Positions 1 through 9,044 of a DNA stretch of 64,000 nt are shown one piece after another. A model generated the notes under the pieces. That model ran no database searches, was not told the DNA's origin, and saw only the letters and a program-made list of their open reading frames with translations. A program made the position numbers and the translations under genes. Source of the stretch: a virus; the IMG/VR virus record IMGVR_UViG_3300032287_001952, positions 4,261 to 68,260 of that record; one strand, 5' to 3'. The stretch's first letter is position 1, and every line of letters starts with the position of its first letter.

Positions 1-346
1 TTACCCCTAAGAGCTCCCTAGATGCGTTTCCTAGAGCCCTTGGTGCCCCAAGAAATGCCGCCATATTGGCTGTACACGAGAACTTACTCGGCTTTGCCTT
101 GGTGATACCCCTTTCCCGCAGCACATCCATTACAGCCCCGTCGAAGCTATAGTTGTGTGCAACCCAGTGTTTCCCGTCGATTTTATCCCAGGGAGCTGTC
201 TCTGGCCTACCCACGTACTCTATCCCCGGCCCAACGACGGACACCAAGTAGATGTCAGTCGTTGGGTGGCGTAGATAGTGCCACTGCCCCATTCGATCGA
301 TGTTTACATCGGACGAATAGGTCGTCTCGAAGTCAATTGCGTACAT
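1..346 (-). CDS. Family A DNA polymerase, N-terminal 3'-5' exonuclease domain (runs off the window)
   Basis: Manual translation from ATG 346 gives MYAIDFETTYS...WVAHNYSFDG...CTANMAAFLGAPRAL. DFET and HNxxFD are the ExoI and ExoII motifs of phage PolA. Not in the ORF track because it is truncated. Confidence 0.85.
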   Translation of the reverse strand, partial: MYAIDFETTYSSDVNIDRMGQWHYLRHPTTDIYLVSVVGPGIEYVGRPETAPWDKIDGKHWVAHNYSFDGAVMDVLRERGITKAKPSKFSCTANMAAFLGAPRALGNASRELLGV

Positions 347-577
347 TTACGGCAATATGATTCGAGAGTCTTGAGCTTCTTGTATCTCTTTATCTCTTTG
401 CGCTGCTTCGCCTGCGAGACTTTCGAACTTGTCTAGGCACATCCCGATGAACGGCTGAAGCCTTGCTACGATTACTTTTTCCAGCTCTGTTCCGCCTTCT
501 TGCTCTAGACTTACCTGCATTGATAGTTCCTTCTTCTCTACATTTTCCGTTACCACTACACGCACAGATGCACTCAT
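347..577 (-). CDS. Hypothetical protein
   Basis: 76-aa ORF whose stop abuts the polymerase start. Confidence 0.6.
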   Translation of the reverse strand: MSASVRVVVTENVEKKELSMQVSLEQEGGTELEKVIVARLQPFIGMCLDKFESLAGEAAQRDKEIQEAQDSRIILP

Positions 578-622
578 TGTTTTTTGTCCTCCAGAATGTG
601 TTTGAATTATAAGCCCGAATTA

Positions 623-826
623 TCATTCGATGCCTGCACCGATAGTTGTATAAGATGTGGACGAGCCATCAGTCTTTGCCCAATTACCGACGATTTCAAT
701 TGGCTCGCTCAAAGTTGTTTTAAACTCCAAGCGTTTCAATCTTTGGTTTGTTACGACATATGTTGCCTGAATCCAGTTAAGCTGTTTCTCAAGCTCCTCG
801 ATTCGTTGTTCAGTCGTAAGTTTCAT
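623..826 (-). CDS. Hypothetical coiled-coil protein
   Basis: ATGA-coupled to the upstream ORF; heptad pattern. Confidence 0.6.
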   Translation of the reverse strand: MKLTTEQRIEELEKQLNWIQATYVVTNQRLKRLEFKTTLSEPIEIVGNWAKTDGSSTSYTTIGAGIE

Positions 827-939
827 CTATTCCTCCACCAGTTGCGGATAGCTAATCCTACAAGCGTTGCGAGGAAAATTGTCGTACCTACGCCCGATAG
901 GACGAAAGATACAAGGATTATGTAACGGATTGTCTCCAT
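823..939 (-). CDS. Small membrane protein (38 aa)
   Basis: Manual translation METIRYIILVSFVLSGVGTTIFLATLVGLAIRNWWRNR; fills the gap between neighbours with an ATGA overlap. Confidence 0.55.
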   Translation of the reverse strand: METIRYIILVSFVLSGVGTTIFLATLVGLAIRNWWRNR

Positions 940-941
940 AA

Positions 942-1169
942 TCATTTGTGCCTTTTCTTCTTGTTCCTTTTAGCGAAGACCTCTTCGGACTTCCTAAACG
1001 GCCAAGGATTAGATACCTTAAAATTTTTAGGGAATGTGTATGACACATAGCTTGTTTTTCCAGAGTTTGTTGTATATCCAGTTGTGGTAAAGGTCACACG
1101 ATGCCTCCACCAAATCCATAACCAATGGATTCCATATCCAAGCAAAGCTCCTAGTACGAAGCTCTTCAT
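942..1169 (-). CDS. Hypothetical protein with N-terminal TM helix
   Basis: ATGA overlap, upstream GGAGG, hydrophobic N-terminus. Confidence 0.6.
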   Translation of the reverse strand: MKSFVLGALLGYGIHWLWIWWRHRVTFTTTGYTTNSGKTSYVSYTFPKNFKVSNPWPFRKSEEVFAKRNKKKRHK

Positions 1170-1399
1170 TTCTTGTCCTCCTTCTTTTGTTCTTGGTACG
1201 CTTTCAAGTTGCGGTTCTCCCGCATCAAGTTTGCGTTCTCATATTCGAGATCGGCTAGAATCGTCAAGTGCTCCTGGCATAGAGTCATCAAGCCTTCGAT
1301 TGTTGAGTGTGTCTCAACCATACGTTTATGGCATTGCCCCATAACGTCTGTCAAGCCACGATAAAAGTCCCTTAACCGAACCACTTCACGATCGCTCAT
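1166..1399 (-). CDS. Hypothetical coiled-coil protein
   Basis: Start moved to ATG 1399 (MSDREVV), which overlaps the stop of 1396..1569. Confidence 0.6.
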   Translation of the reverse strand: MSDREVVRLRDFYRGLTDVMGQCHKRMVETHSTIEGLMTLCQEHLTILADLEYENANLMRENRNLKAYQEQKKEDKK

Positions 1400-1569
1400 A
1401 CTATGTTTTCCTTTTTCATCCACACGTACATTTTTTCAATAGTGTAGTATTTGGTAGAGAAGGCTATCGTTGCAGCTCTTCCGGTTTTTGTATCTGTCGT
1501 GATCATAATATGCTTAAACCACAAGCATCCAAGTTTGACGAATAACCATAATAAAAGTCTATCAATCAT
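1396..1569 (-). CDS. Hypothetical protein (57 aa)
   Basis: Manual translation MIDRLLLWLFVKLGCLWF...KKENIV; ATGA overlaps at both ends. Confidence 0.55.
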   Translation of the reverse strand: MIDRLLLWLFVKLGCLWFKHIMITTDTKTGRAATIAFSTKYYTIEKMYVWMKKENIV

Positions 1570-1835
1570 TTCTTTTTATAGTCCTTTACCACATCTGCGA
1601 TTGCCCTTTTGATGGCATACGCAAACAACTCTTCTCGGTCATCCTTGATCAGTTCAAGTCCCATATCTGCTACAAGTTGAACTGTTTCGTCATCGGTATC
1701 CATAACCATTTCAACCATATCTACTGGCTTTATTTCTTTTACTACAATCTTACCGATATTCTTTCGGTTCTTTTCTGAGATTTCTGCGTGCTCTTTCTTT
1801 ACAAACGCACTGAATTTCTTTTTCTTTTGTTTCAT
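1566..1835 (-). CDS. Hypothetical protein
   Basis: 89-aa ORF, coupled to neighbours. Confidence 0.6.
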   Translation of the reverse strand: MKQKKKKFSAFVKKEHAEISEKNRKNIGKIVVKEIKPVDMVEMVMDTDDETVQLVADMGLELIKDDREELFAYAIKRAIADVVKDYKKK

Positions 1836-2203
1836 TCGATTTTACCTTTCTTTGTTTTGAATAGTAAGAAAGCCGCACGAACTAAGGCACGCTCCAAGTG
1901 ATCTACTGCGTCTTCATTATTTTGATCTGGGCATGGGCGATTCCCGTCCAACTGCATCATTGCTTGGGAGACGTGATTAACTAACCTATCCGAGTTGTAG
2001 CGTCGGCTGTCGGAATGGAACCATTGGCCGAATGTCGATTTATCGCTACCCCTACCCATTATTCTCAAAATTACAGAAGAGGCCATTTCGACCACTTCTT
2101 GTATTTTTGGGCAGTAAAGTTCCGCACTTGTTTCAATGGCCGGGAGGTTAGACAAAACAGCCGCCGCAGGATCTCCCTGCGTACCATGAGTGGGAACTTC
2201 CAT
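1832..2203 (-). CDS. Putative dATP/dGTP diphosphohydrolase-like (DUF5664-like) protein
   Basis: Pattern IMGRGSDK..GQW...RLVNH....DG...D...DHLERALVRAAFLL resembles the all-alpha DUF5664 signature, divergent. Confidence 0.45.
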   Translation of the reverse strand: MEVPTHGTQGDPAAAVLSNLPAIETSAELYCPKIQEVVEMASSVILRIMGRGSDKSTFGQWFHSDSRRYNSDRLVNHVSQAMMQLDGNRPCPDQNNEDAVDHLERALVRAAFLLFKTKKGKIE

Positions 2204-2208
2204 TTTTG

Positions 2209-2952
2209 TTATTTCGACAAGTTACGGACGAACTCGATGAACTTCTCATCGTGTTTCGTACCGAGCTTCACTGTCGGAACGTACCAGCTCCCCATAGAGT
2301 TTGTACGCAACGAGGAAGTCAGCTCGTAACAAGCAGTGTCGATACCAGCACGCAGAGCCAACTGCGAGTCTGTAAAGATCTTCCGACCAGTCTGTTTGTA
2401 AGCCGACTTGGTGAGAAGCCACTGGGCGAGAGCGTAATAGTCCTTGCCGTACTGGAAGGGAAACAAAGCGTGTTCTCCAACTGGGCTTTTGACCAGCACA
2501 ATGCAGGTCATAGCCTCTGAGTAGCGGTCAACACCCTCTTCCGCATCTTGTTCGTTTGCCAGAGCACCACCAGCAGCACGCACGTCACGGATGCTGGAGA
2601 AGTTCTTGGGCATCTCACCAGATCCGAAAGGCAGATCTTGGAGGTAGAATTTTGCAACTCGGGTGAGGGTGATGTGGCAGGGTTTCTTCCCGTCACCGAT
2701 CACGACTTCCCGATTGTAGAGGAAGCTTCCAGCTGGGAAGCTGTTGGACAGCTCGCCAGTCTTGTTGACCAGATTGAGCTTTGGGATGGTCAAATCACTG
2801 CGGGAGAACTCTCCTTGGATCTGGCCGTCCAATCCCTGCACTGGCATTGCGATTTCCGTGCTGGTAGGTTCTTGGACTGCCAGTTCGGTCGTTTCAGCTG
2901 CTTCTTGTTTGATTTGTTGTTTCGTTGTTGGTTTCGCGAATGATGTTTTCAA
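2209..2952 (-). CDS. Putative ssDNA-binding protein
   Basis: D-x-x-IP-x-L-x-L N-terminal motif and C-terminal GSWYVP strand; lies between nuclease and polymerase. Start reassigned to TTG 2952, just after the upstream stop. Confidence 0.5.
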   Translation of the reverse strand: MKTSFAKPTTKQQIKQEAAETTELAVQEPTSTEIAMPVQGLDGQIQGEFSRSDLTIPKLNLVNKTGELSNSFPAGSFLYNREVVIGDGKKPCHITLTRVAKFYLQDLPFGSGEMPKNFSSIRDVRAAGGALANEQDAEEGVDRYSEAMTCIVLVKSPVGEHALFPFQYGKDYYALAQWLLTKSAYKQTGRKIFTDSQLALRAGIDTACYELTSSLRTNSMGSWYVPTVKLGTKHDEKFIEFVRNLSK

Positions 2953-2953
2953 T

Positions 2954-3820
2954 TTATTTATTTTCCTTTTTTCGTTGTAGATATTGAATCTCGTTCCCAC
3001 CCTGCAGAACACCTGCATCGTTGAGTCGATCTTCAATCTCCTGTTTAAGCTTCTCCTTGGAACCTCTCGGTGCCTTATCGGAGTACGCTTTCAGAAGTTG
3101 TGCGACAGAAACTTCCGTCACGGAGGCAAACTCTTCTGGAGTCAGCCTATCCTTGACCAGTTCCCACGTGATCTGAGGATCGGAGACACTACGGCGTCCC
3201 GCCCTAGATTTCAATTCAAATCCTGGGATATCTTCACCCGTCTCGAGTGCGTGCTTTAGGTTCTCTTTCTTGACCTTCTCGCACCACGGCTCAAGCACCC
3301 TGCGGAGGATTTCCGCCTTACCACGAAGCTCTGGTGTAGCCAGTTGCTCTGGGTTGTACAAGTCCAGCAACTCACCATCTGGTGTAAGGCTGGAGAACTT
3401 GCTGGAAATGATGAGAGCTTTCTTGTGCAGTGCCGTGCATGTGGCTTTTGCTCCGCAATAAAGACAAGCCCACTCAGTAGGATTAAGTTCTTTGACGTCG
3501 TGCTTGGCTCTGGCAATTACTGTTGCCACACGCAACTTCATCCGATCCAAATCTACGCTCCTATAGAATGCGTGACGACTCACCATATTCAGTCTTGGCT
3601 GAGCGAATACCACGTCCACCATTTGGACTTCTGGATATTTCTCGAACACTCCGACCGCGTATGCCCACCCCTGAAGATTGTATTCTGCGTCTTCTACCGC
3701 AGTCCAACCAAACTTGGCGTCCCCAATAATCGCTCGATCACCTTTGACCATCACGATGTCGGCAGTTCCGAACGTCGTTCCGTCTAGGATGGAGAGTTTA
3801 AGCTCTTTTTGAATGATCAT
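2954..3820 (-). CDS. DUF2800/Cas4-like PD-(D/E)XK exonuclease, catalytic part
   Basis: FGTADIV...IGDAKFG...NLQGWAYAVG and CLYCGAKATC cluster. Confidence 0.8.
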   Translation of the reverse strand: MIIQKELKLSILDGTTFGTADIVMVKGDRAIIGDAKFGWTAVEDAEYNLQGWAYAVGVFEKYPEVQMVDVVFAQPRLNMVSRHAFYRSVDLDRMKLRVATVIARAKHDVKELNPTEWACLYCGAKATCTALHKKALIISSKFSSLTPDGELLDLYNPEQLATPELRGKAEILRRVLEPWCEKVKKENLKHALETGEDIPGFELKSRAGRRSVSDPQITWELVKDRLTPEEFASVTEVSVAQLLKAYSDKAPRGSKEKLKQEIEDRLNDAGVLQGGNEIQYLQRKKENK

Positions 3821-4067
3821 CTTTTAATTCCTGTTCGAAACTATCGAACAAATCTTTGACCATGTCCACACATCTTTTTTGCTCGTCGTTTAGCTGGGAG
3901 TAGTCCCCAGTTTCAAGAGCTTTGTGCATCATAGTCCCCTCTTCCGCTGCAGCCGAAGAAGGTCCTTCATCTGGTTGCCACCCAGGGCAAGCCTCTCGAT
4001 ACATTAACTGGGATGGTGAGAATTTATGATGTGCACTCACTTGTTTGTCGTCTTGTTTTTGTTTCAT
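3798..4067 (-). CDS. DUF2800 nuclease N-terminal part, as a separate ORF
   Basis: HHKFSPSQ...CPG...AAEEGTMMH is the usual N-terminus of the same family. Confidence 0.75.
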   Translation of the reverse strand: MKQKQDDKQVSAHHKFSPSQLMYREACPGWQPDEGPSSAAAEEGTMMHKALETGDYSQLNDEQKRCVDMVKDLFDSFEQELKDDHSKRA

Positions 4068-5329
4068 ATTGTTTCAATGTCTCCGTCGTTTAGGGTTTCT
4101 ATGTTTTTGAGTTTTGATCTGACTTTCTTCATTACTTGTTCCTCAATTGAGTCAGCCGCAAAAATGATCTTTTGTACAGCTTTAGATTTTGCTCCCGCCC
4201 TGTGAATTCTCCCGAGTGCTTGTTTTAAATCAACGGCAGAGTAGGTGGGACATATGAGCGAGCTCCGAGGGCGTCCCAATGTATCGTGAAGCGATACCCC
4301 TACTCCGCCACTTTGTATCTGGCATACCATCACATGGTTTGCGTCACATTGAAAGTCTGCAATCATCCCCTCTCGCTGGTCGTCTGGTTGCCCTCCCCAG
4401 ATATAACAAGCGTCTTTAAACTTTGTAAGTAAAGTGTCGATCGTGTTTCTAAAGTTGCAGAAGATAACTACGCTTCTCTCCTCGTCTAGCAAAGCCTCCG
4501 CCAAATCGACCAGCACGGGAACTCGGATAAGTTCAGCCTCTTGTCTTGCCCTCAATATTTCCGTCATTGGATGAGGTCGATCCGCGGCCTTGCTGGCTTG
4601 TAGTTCTGCAAGCTTTGCTTGAAGGTCGTCATAAACCCCTTGCACGTTCCCGCAATCATAGGCTTCCGCAAACACTTCGTTATCTGGGAAAGCGTCTCCG
4701 AGTTCCGATATACGTATTCTGCTAGCTTTTTCCCCCATCGATTTGTGAATGTTTGCTAGCTTTGATTTGCCACCAAAATAAGCCAACGCACCCCACGGGG
4801 CTTTCTTCACTCCGTTTTTGATACACCACGGAAAGAAGTCTACGTATTTGTGGAGCCCTAGAACAAACCCAGTCGACCGCATATCTAGCGGGTTCGATGC
4901 GAATGTGGCTGACAACATAAGCGTATAGAACGGACGGCTCGTCACTAGCATTTTCCCATTAAGGCTGTTTGCTCCCTTGCATTTGTGTACTTCGTCCCAG
5001 ATGAGCAAAGTATCTTGCGGTATGTTTGACCATACCCACGCACCTTTCACGAAATCACCAAAACCACTGCTACCAGCTCTTAGCTTTTCGTAATTCAAAA
5101 TAAACATCGGCTCAACTCCAGCCTTCTTGCACCAATCTTTCCAGCTTGGGATAACGGCTTTTGGGCAAATGATGCCTACTGGTTTTCCTAGAGTTTTTGC
5201 AATCCACACTGCTTTAGCCGTCTTACCAGTGCCCGTATCGCTCCAATCTGCTGCGACTCGATGTTCACGCAAACTCTTCAACATATTTTCTGCTGAAGGC
5301 TTCTGCCAATCGTACAAACTAAAACTCAT
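4064..5329 (-). CDS. SNF2-like SF2 helicase
   Basis: DTGTGKT, DEVH, SAT, SGGVGVSL and QALGRIHRAG motifs. Confidence 0.92.
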   Translation of the reverse strand: MSFSLYDWQKPSAENMLKSLREHRVAADWSDTGTGKTAKAVWIAKTLGKPVGIICPKAVIPSWKDWCKKAGVEPMFILNYEKLRAGSSGFGDFVKGAWVWSNIPQDTLLIWDEVHKCKGANSLNGKMLVTSRPFYTLMLSATFASNPLDMRSTGFVLGLHKYVDFFPWCIKNGVKKAPWGALAYFGGKSKLANIHKSMGEKASRIRISELGDAFPDNEVFAEAYDCGNVQGVYDDLQAKLAELQASKAADRPHPMTEILRARQEAELIRVPVLVDLAEALLDEERSVVIFCNFRNTIDTLLTKFKDACYIWGGQPDDQREGMIADFQCDANHVMVCQIQSGGVGVSLHDTLGRPRSSLICPTYSAVDLKQALGRIHRAGAKSKAVQKIIFAADSIEEQVMKKVRSKLKNIETLNDGDIETI

Positions 5330-5784
5330 TCAGTCTTTGCTCCGTATTCCAAGATCAAAAGGGCATCAGCGGTTGAAAGTGTTACGGGTATTGTCGGATA
5401 CAAGTTTTGAGCTTTTGCTTTTAGCTTGTTTTTCCATTTAGTTCGGTTTCCTTCGCTTGTCCCCAAGCTTAAGAAGCCTTGCCATTTCTGAGGCCGAACC
5501 AAAACTATTCTTGCTCCCAAGCATGTGAGTACGCCTAAAATGAACCCGAAATTCCTTCCAAAAGTGAACATGGCTGACCCCGGCTGAGGTCTTCCAATGT
5601 ATCCCCCAACCTCCTCGATGATCACTGTCGGCTTGTCTAGATGGTAATAAATTTCCTTTAGCTTTACTGAAATATCCGTTTCCGTGGGTGGCATCGCTAT
5701 TGCTCTTGTTCCGTAAGCCATTTTCCAAGCTATTCCGCCTGACTTCCCTGGATCGATTGCTATTAGTTCTTTTGTTACATTCAT
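5326..5784 (-). CDS. RuvC-like Holliday junction resolvase
   Basis: IAIDPGKSGGIA, IEEV, FTFG, PQKW and ADALLI motifs. Confidence 0.85.
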   Translation of the reverse strand: MNVTKELIAIDPGKSGGIAWKMAYGTRAIAMPPTETDISVKLKEIYYHLDKPTVIIEEVGGYIGRPQPGSAMFTFGRNFGFILGVLTCLGARIVLVRPQKWQGFLSLGTSEGNRTKWKNKLKAKAQNLYPTIPVTLSTADALLILEYGAKTE

Positions 5785-5880
5785 CTGTACCTTTCGATTG
5801 TGGTTTAAATTTTCCCTTCATATTGGGATACGTATGTAAACACCCACAAGCAGTAGGCAAGAGAAATCTTCTGGGTATGG

Positions 5881-5908
5881 TTGACTAATTAACCCCCACC
5901 CTTAATCT
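5881..5908 (+). promoter_or_regulatory. Promoter starting the plus-strand block (leaderless-type)
   Basis: TTGACT-N16-TAATCT, 7 nt before GTG 5916, at the strand switch. Confidence 0.6.
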
Positions 5909-5915
5909 TTAGTTT

Positions 5916-7238
5916 GTGTCAGATATTTACACTACGCCCACGTACCCCACGTACCAAGACAGCGAGAATCGTTCGCTCTACAAGATCAATCGGCTTTTAG
6001 AGGATAGTTTCGGAATGTCCTCCTCTGGTGCTAGCACCAGTGCATTTCCCATAGACGCTTTTGGTAGATTACGGACAGCTAGCCCTTTCACGCTATTTGA
6101 TTCTAGCCATAGGTACAAAGACAATAACTTGTGGGCTACTTCGTTAGCTACTGGTGGTTCTGCAACATTTGTGGCAAATGAGGGTTTAGTTAATCTTGCT
6201 GTTACCGCTAGTTCTGGGTCTAGTGTCATTCGAGAAACCACAAAAGTCTTTGCTTATCAACCCGGAAAGTCTCTTTTGGTGATGAATACCTTTGTTATGT
6301 CCCCCGCTAAAACTGGTCTTCGCCAACGAATTGGGTATTTTGGCACAGATAACGGAATTTATTTGGAGCTTAACAATAGCACTCTTAGCTTTAATGAACG
6401 CAGTTTGTCTCTTGGTACTACTTCTACTGTCACCCAAGCCAACTGGAATGGTGACAAACTTGACGGAACTGGCCCCTCTGGTCTTACGCTTGATATCACA
6501 AAAGCACAAATTCAGTGGATGGATTTGGAATGGCTCGGTTTGGGTAGTGTGCGTGTTGGTTTTGTGATTAACGGAAAACTTATTGTTTGCCACACTTTCC
6601 GACACTCAAACTTGATTAGCTCGACTTACATCACCACTGCAAGCTTGCCCCTTCGTTATGAGATCACCAATACGGCTGGAACTTCTGGCTCAAGCACCCT
6701 TAAACAAGTTTGTTCTACCGTTGTTTCAGAAGGCGGTTATTCTTTAAGTGGTTTGCAACAATCCATAGGTACAAATGTATCAGCACCCTATGAATTGATT
6801 ACAGCTACTGATACCGATTATCCAGTAATTACGATTCGCCTAAAATCCACGAATCGTGATGCCATTGTTATATTGACGGCTCTTTCGATGTTGCCAGTTA
6901 ATACCGGTAATTATAAATGGAAGATTATTGCCTCTTGTACGACTGCTGGCGGTAGCGGTACTTGGGTTAGTGCCGGGACTAATTCCAGCGTAGAGTATAA
7001 ACAAGACGCAACTAGCATTTCTGGTGGGCGTGTTCTTGGTAGCGGATTTTTAAGCCAAACAAACCAGTCAAATCCCGCAATGGATATTCTTAAAGAAGCT
7101 CTTTTCAAGTTCCAGCTTGAGCGGGATAGTCTTGCCGGCACTTCTTATGAACTTACGCTTGCTGTAGCTGCTGACACTCTTACTGGTGGCAAAGCTAAAA
7201 TTTTGGCATCTCTTGATTGGGAAGAGATTAGTCGCTAG
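5916..7238 (+). CDS. Putative virion structural protein, beta-rich
   Basis: DAFGRLR, YQPGKSL, WNGDKLDG and EWLGLG motifs typical of a widespread aquatic-phage protein; S/T/G rich. Confidence 0.6.
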   Translation: MSDIYTTPTYPTYQDSENRSLYKINRLLEDSFGMSSSGASTSAFPIDAFGRLRTASPFTLFDSSHRYKDNNLWATSLATGGSATFVANEGLVNLAVTASSGSSVIRETTKVFAYQPGKSLLVMNTFVMSPAKTGLRQRIGYFGTDNGIYLELNNSTLSFNERSLSLGTTSTVTQANWNGDKLDGTGPSGLTLDITKAQIQWMDLEWLGLGSVRVGFVINGKLIVCHTFRHSNLISSTYITTASLPLRYEITNTAGTSGSSTLKQVCSTVVSEGGYSLSGLQQSIGTNVSAPYELITATDTDYPVITIRLKSTNRDAIVILTALSMLPVNTGNYKWKIIASCTTAGGSGTWVSAGTNSSVEYKQDATSISGGRVLGSGFLSQTNQSNPAMDILKEALFKFQLERDSLAGTSYELTLAVAADTLTGGKAKILASLDWEEISR

Positions 7239-7287
7239 TTTAAGTTCTTGCTTAAAGCCTTTTTGATTTTACACTCCTAGCTCAATC

Positions 7288-9012
7288 GTGAGCCAAGGTT
7301 TTCAAAAGTATGGGATTGTCTGGCCAGAAGGAACCACGGAAGCCACCATCGAGCTTATTGCGTTTCGTGAGGGCTTTGGCCCAGAACGTGGTGGTCTTGG
7401 TAAGTACGGCCACTTTCGCAGAGTAGTCGAGTTGCTTTGGCCTTACGATAAGAAGAAGAACAAGTCTGGTTTTCAATGGAATCCTTGGGCTGAGCGTATC
7501 TTTGAGGAAGCTTGCAAGTGGAACTATCTTGGCATTTCTGGTCCCAAGTCCTCCAGCAAGACGCATTGTATCGGCATCTGGGGTCTGGTTAACTGGTTGG
7601 CCGATCCTTTTAATACACTTGTTCTAGTAACCACTACTTCAGTTCGGGAGGCTAGAAAGCGGATGTGGGGTGTTATCCGTGAACGGCATCTTCAGATCCC
7701 AGGACTACCTGGTCGTATTGTCGACTCGATGGGAAAACTTATTCTCGACGAAGCTGGCAGTGACAGATCGAGTATTACGCTTATTCCTTCCGCCAAAGAC
7801 AAGGAGAAAGAAGCCACCGAGAAGTTGATCGGATTAAAGAATAAGAGAGTTCTTTTGCTTGTAGACGAGGCGACAGATGTTTCACCCGCCATCTTCGAAG
7901 CCATCCATAACCTAGATTCCAACCCCTACTTCCAGTGTATCGCACTAGGGAACTTTGCTTCGGCTTACGACCCATTTGGGCAGTATATCACACCGAAGAA
8001 TACTTGGAACAGCGTAAATACAGACATGGAGGGGTGGGAGACTTCCCGAGGATACTGCGTCCATTTAGACGGAGAGAAGTCACCTAATCTATCCGCTGAC
8101 GATGAATGGCCATTCTTGCTCACAAGCAAACAGCTTTACGAGGCTCGAGAGTACCAAGGTGAGAATAGTTTGTCGTATTGGCGGTTTATTAGGTCTTTCC
8201 CCGCACCAGTCGGTGCCGAACAGAATATTTACTCGGAAGCAGAAATCCGAAAGTCTGACGGGGAGGCTATGCCGATATGGGAGAAAGCAGTTCCAACCAA
8301 GGTGGCTGGGTTCGATCCTGCGTTTACCAATGGCGGAGACAGATCGGTCTTGTATATTGGCAGTTTTGGTAAGAGTAATCTGGGATTACCCACGATTGCG
8401 TTTACGAAGTCCTACATTGTCCGTGAAGACGCAACAAAAGCTAACGAGCCCAGAAACTTTCAAATTGCTAGGCAAGTAAAAGAGATATGTGAGAAAGAGG
8501 GCGTGAGACCAGAGCATCTCGCAATCGACGCTACTGGCGCAGGAGATCCGTTCTGCGATATCTTAAGCGAGCTTTGGAGCAGTCGAATCTTTCGAGTTAA
8601 GTTTGGTGAAAAGCCAACCGAGCTCCCAATTAGCGTGATGTCCCCAGTCAAGGGTAACGAGAAGTTTGCCAATAGGGTGACCGAGCTTTGGTACGTTGGT
8701 GTTGAGTACCTCCGAGGTCAACAGCTCAAGGGCATTACAGCTGATCTGGCTAGAGAATTGTGTGCCAGAAAGTACAGCACTATGTCTGGTGGACGCCTTG
8801 TGGTAGAGCCCAAAAGGGATATGAAGTCTAGAATGGGACGATCACCCGATTTGGCCGATGCTGCCCTTCTTTTAGTTGACTTATGTCGTCAACGGCTTGG
8901 TGCTTTGGCTGGTGGTAAATATGCGGCCGCAAAGAGCGATAGCTGGTTAAAGACAGCCAGAAAGATGGACGTAGCGTCCTTTGGCGATAACCACGTACTA
9001 AGTAACTCTTGA
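7288..9012 (+). CDS. terL: Terminase large subunit
   Basis: Walker A-like SGPKSSSKT, Walker B LLVDEA, nuclease GFDPAF..GGD, IDATGAG and SPDLADA. Confidence 0.92.
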   Translation: MSQGFQKYGIVWPEGTTEATIELIAFREGFGPERGGLGKYGHFRRVVELLWPYDKKKNKSGFQWNPWAERIFEEACKWNYLGISGPKSSSKTHCIGIWGLVNWLADPFNTLVLVTTTSVREARKRMWGVIRERHLQIPGLPGRIVDSMGKLILDEAGSDRSSITLIPSAKDKEKEATEKLIGLKNKRVLLLVDEATDVSPAIFEAIHNLDSNPYFQCIALGNFASAYDPFGQYITPKNTWNSVNTDMEGWETSRGYCVHLDGEKSPNLSADDEWPFLLTSKQLYEAREYQGENSLSYWRFIRSFPAPVGAEQNIYSEAEIRKSDGEAMPIWEKAVPTKVAGFDPAFTNGGDRSVLYIGSFGKSNLGLPTIAFTKSYIVREDATKANEPRNFQIARQVKEICEKEGVRPEHLAIDATGAGDPFCDILSELWSSRIFRVKFGEKPTELPISVMSPVKGNEKFANRVTELWYVGVEYLRGQQLKGITADLARELCARKYSTMSGGRLVVEPKRDMKSRMGRSPDLADAALLLVDLCRQRLGALAGGKYAAAKSDSWLKTARKMDVASFGDNHVLSNS

Positions 9013-9044
9013 CGAATATTACGGAGTGTTAGAGTTAAGAAGCC

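Noticed and set aside
2953-3036. Long N-terminal extension of the SSB-like ORF in the track
   Set aside because: It overlaps the nuclease C-terminus; TTG 2952 directly after the stop is more plausible
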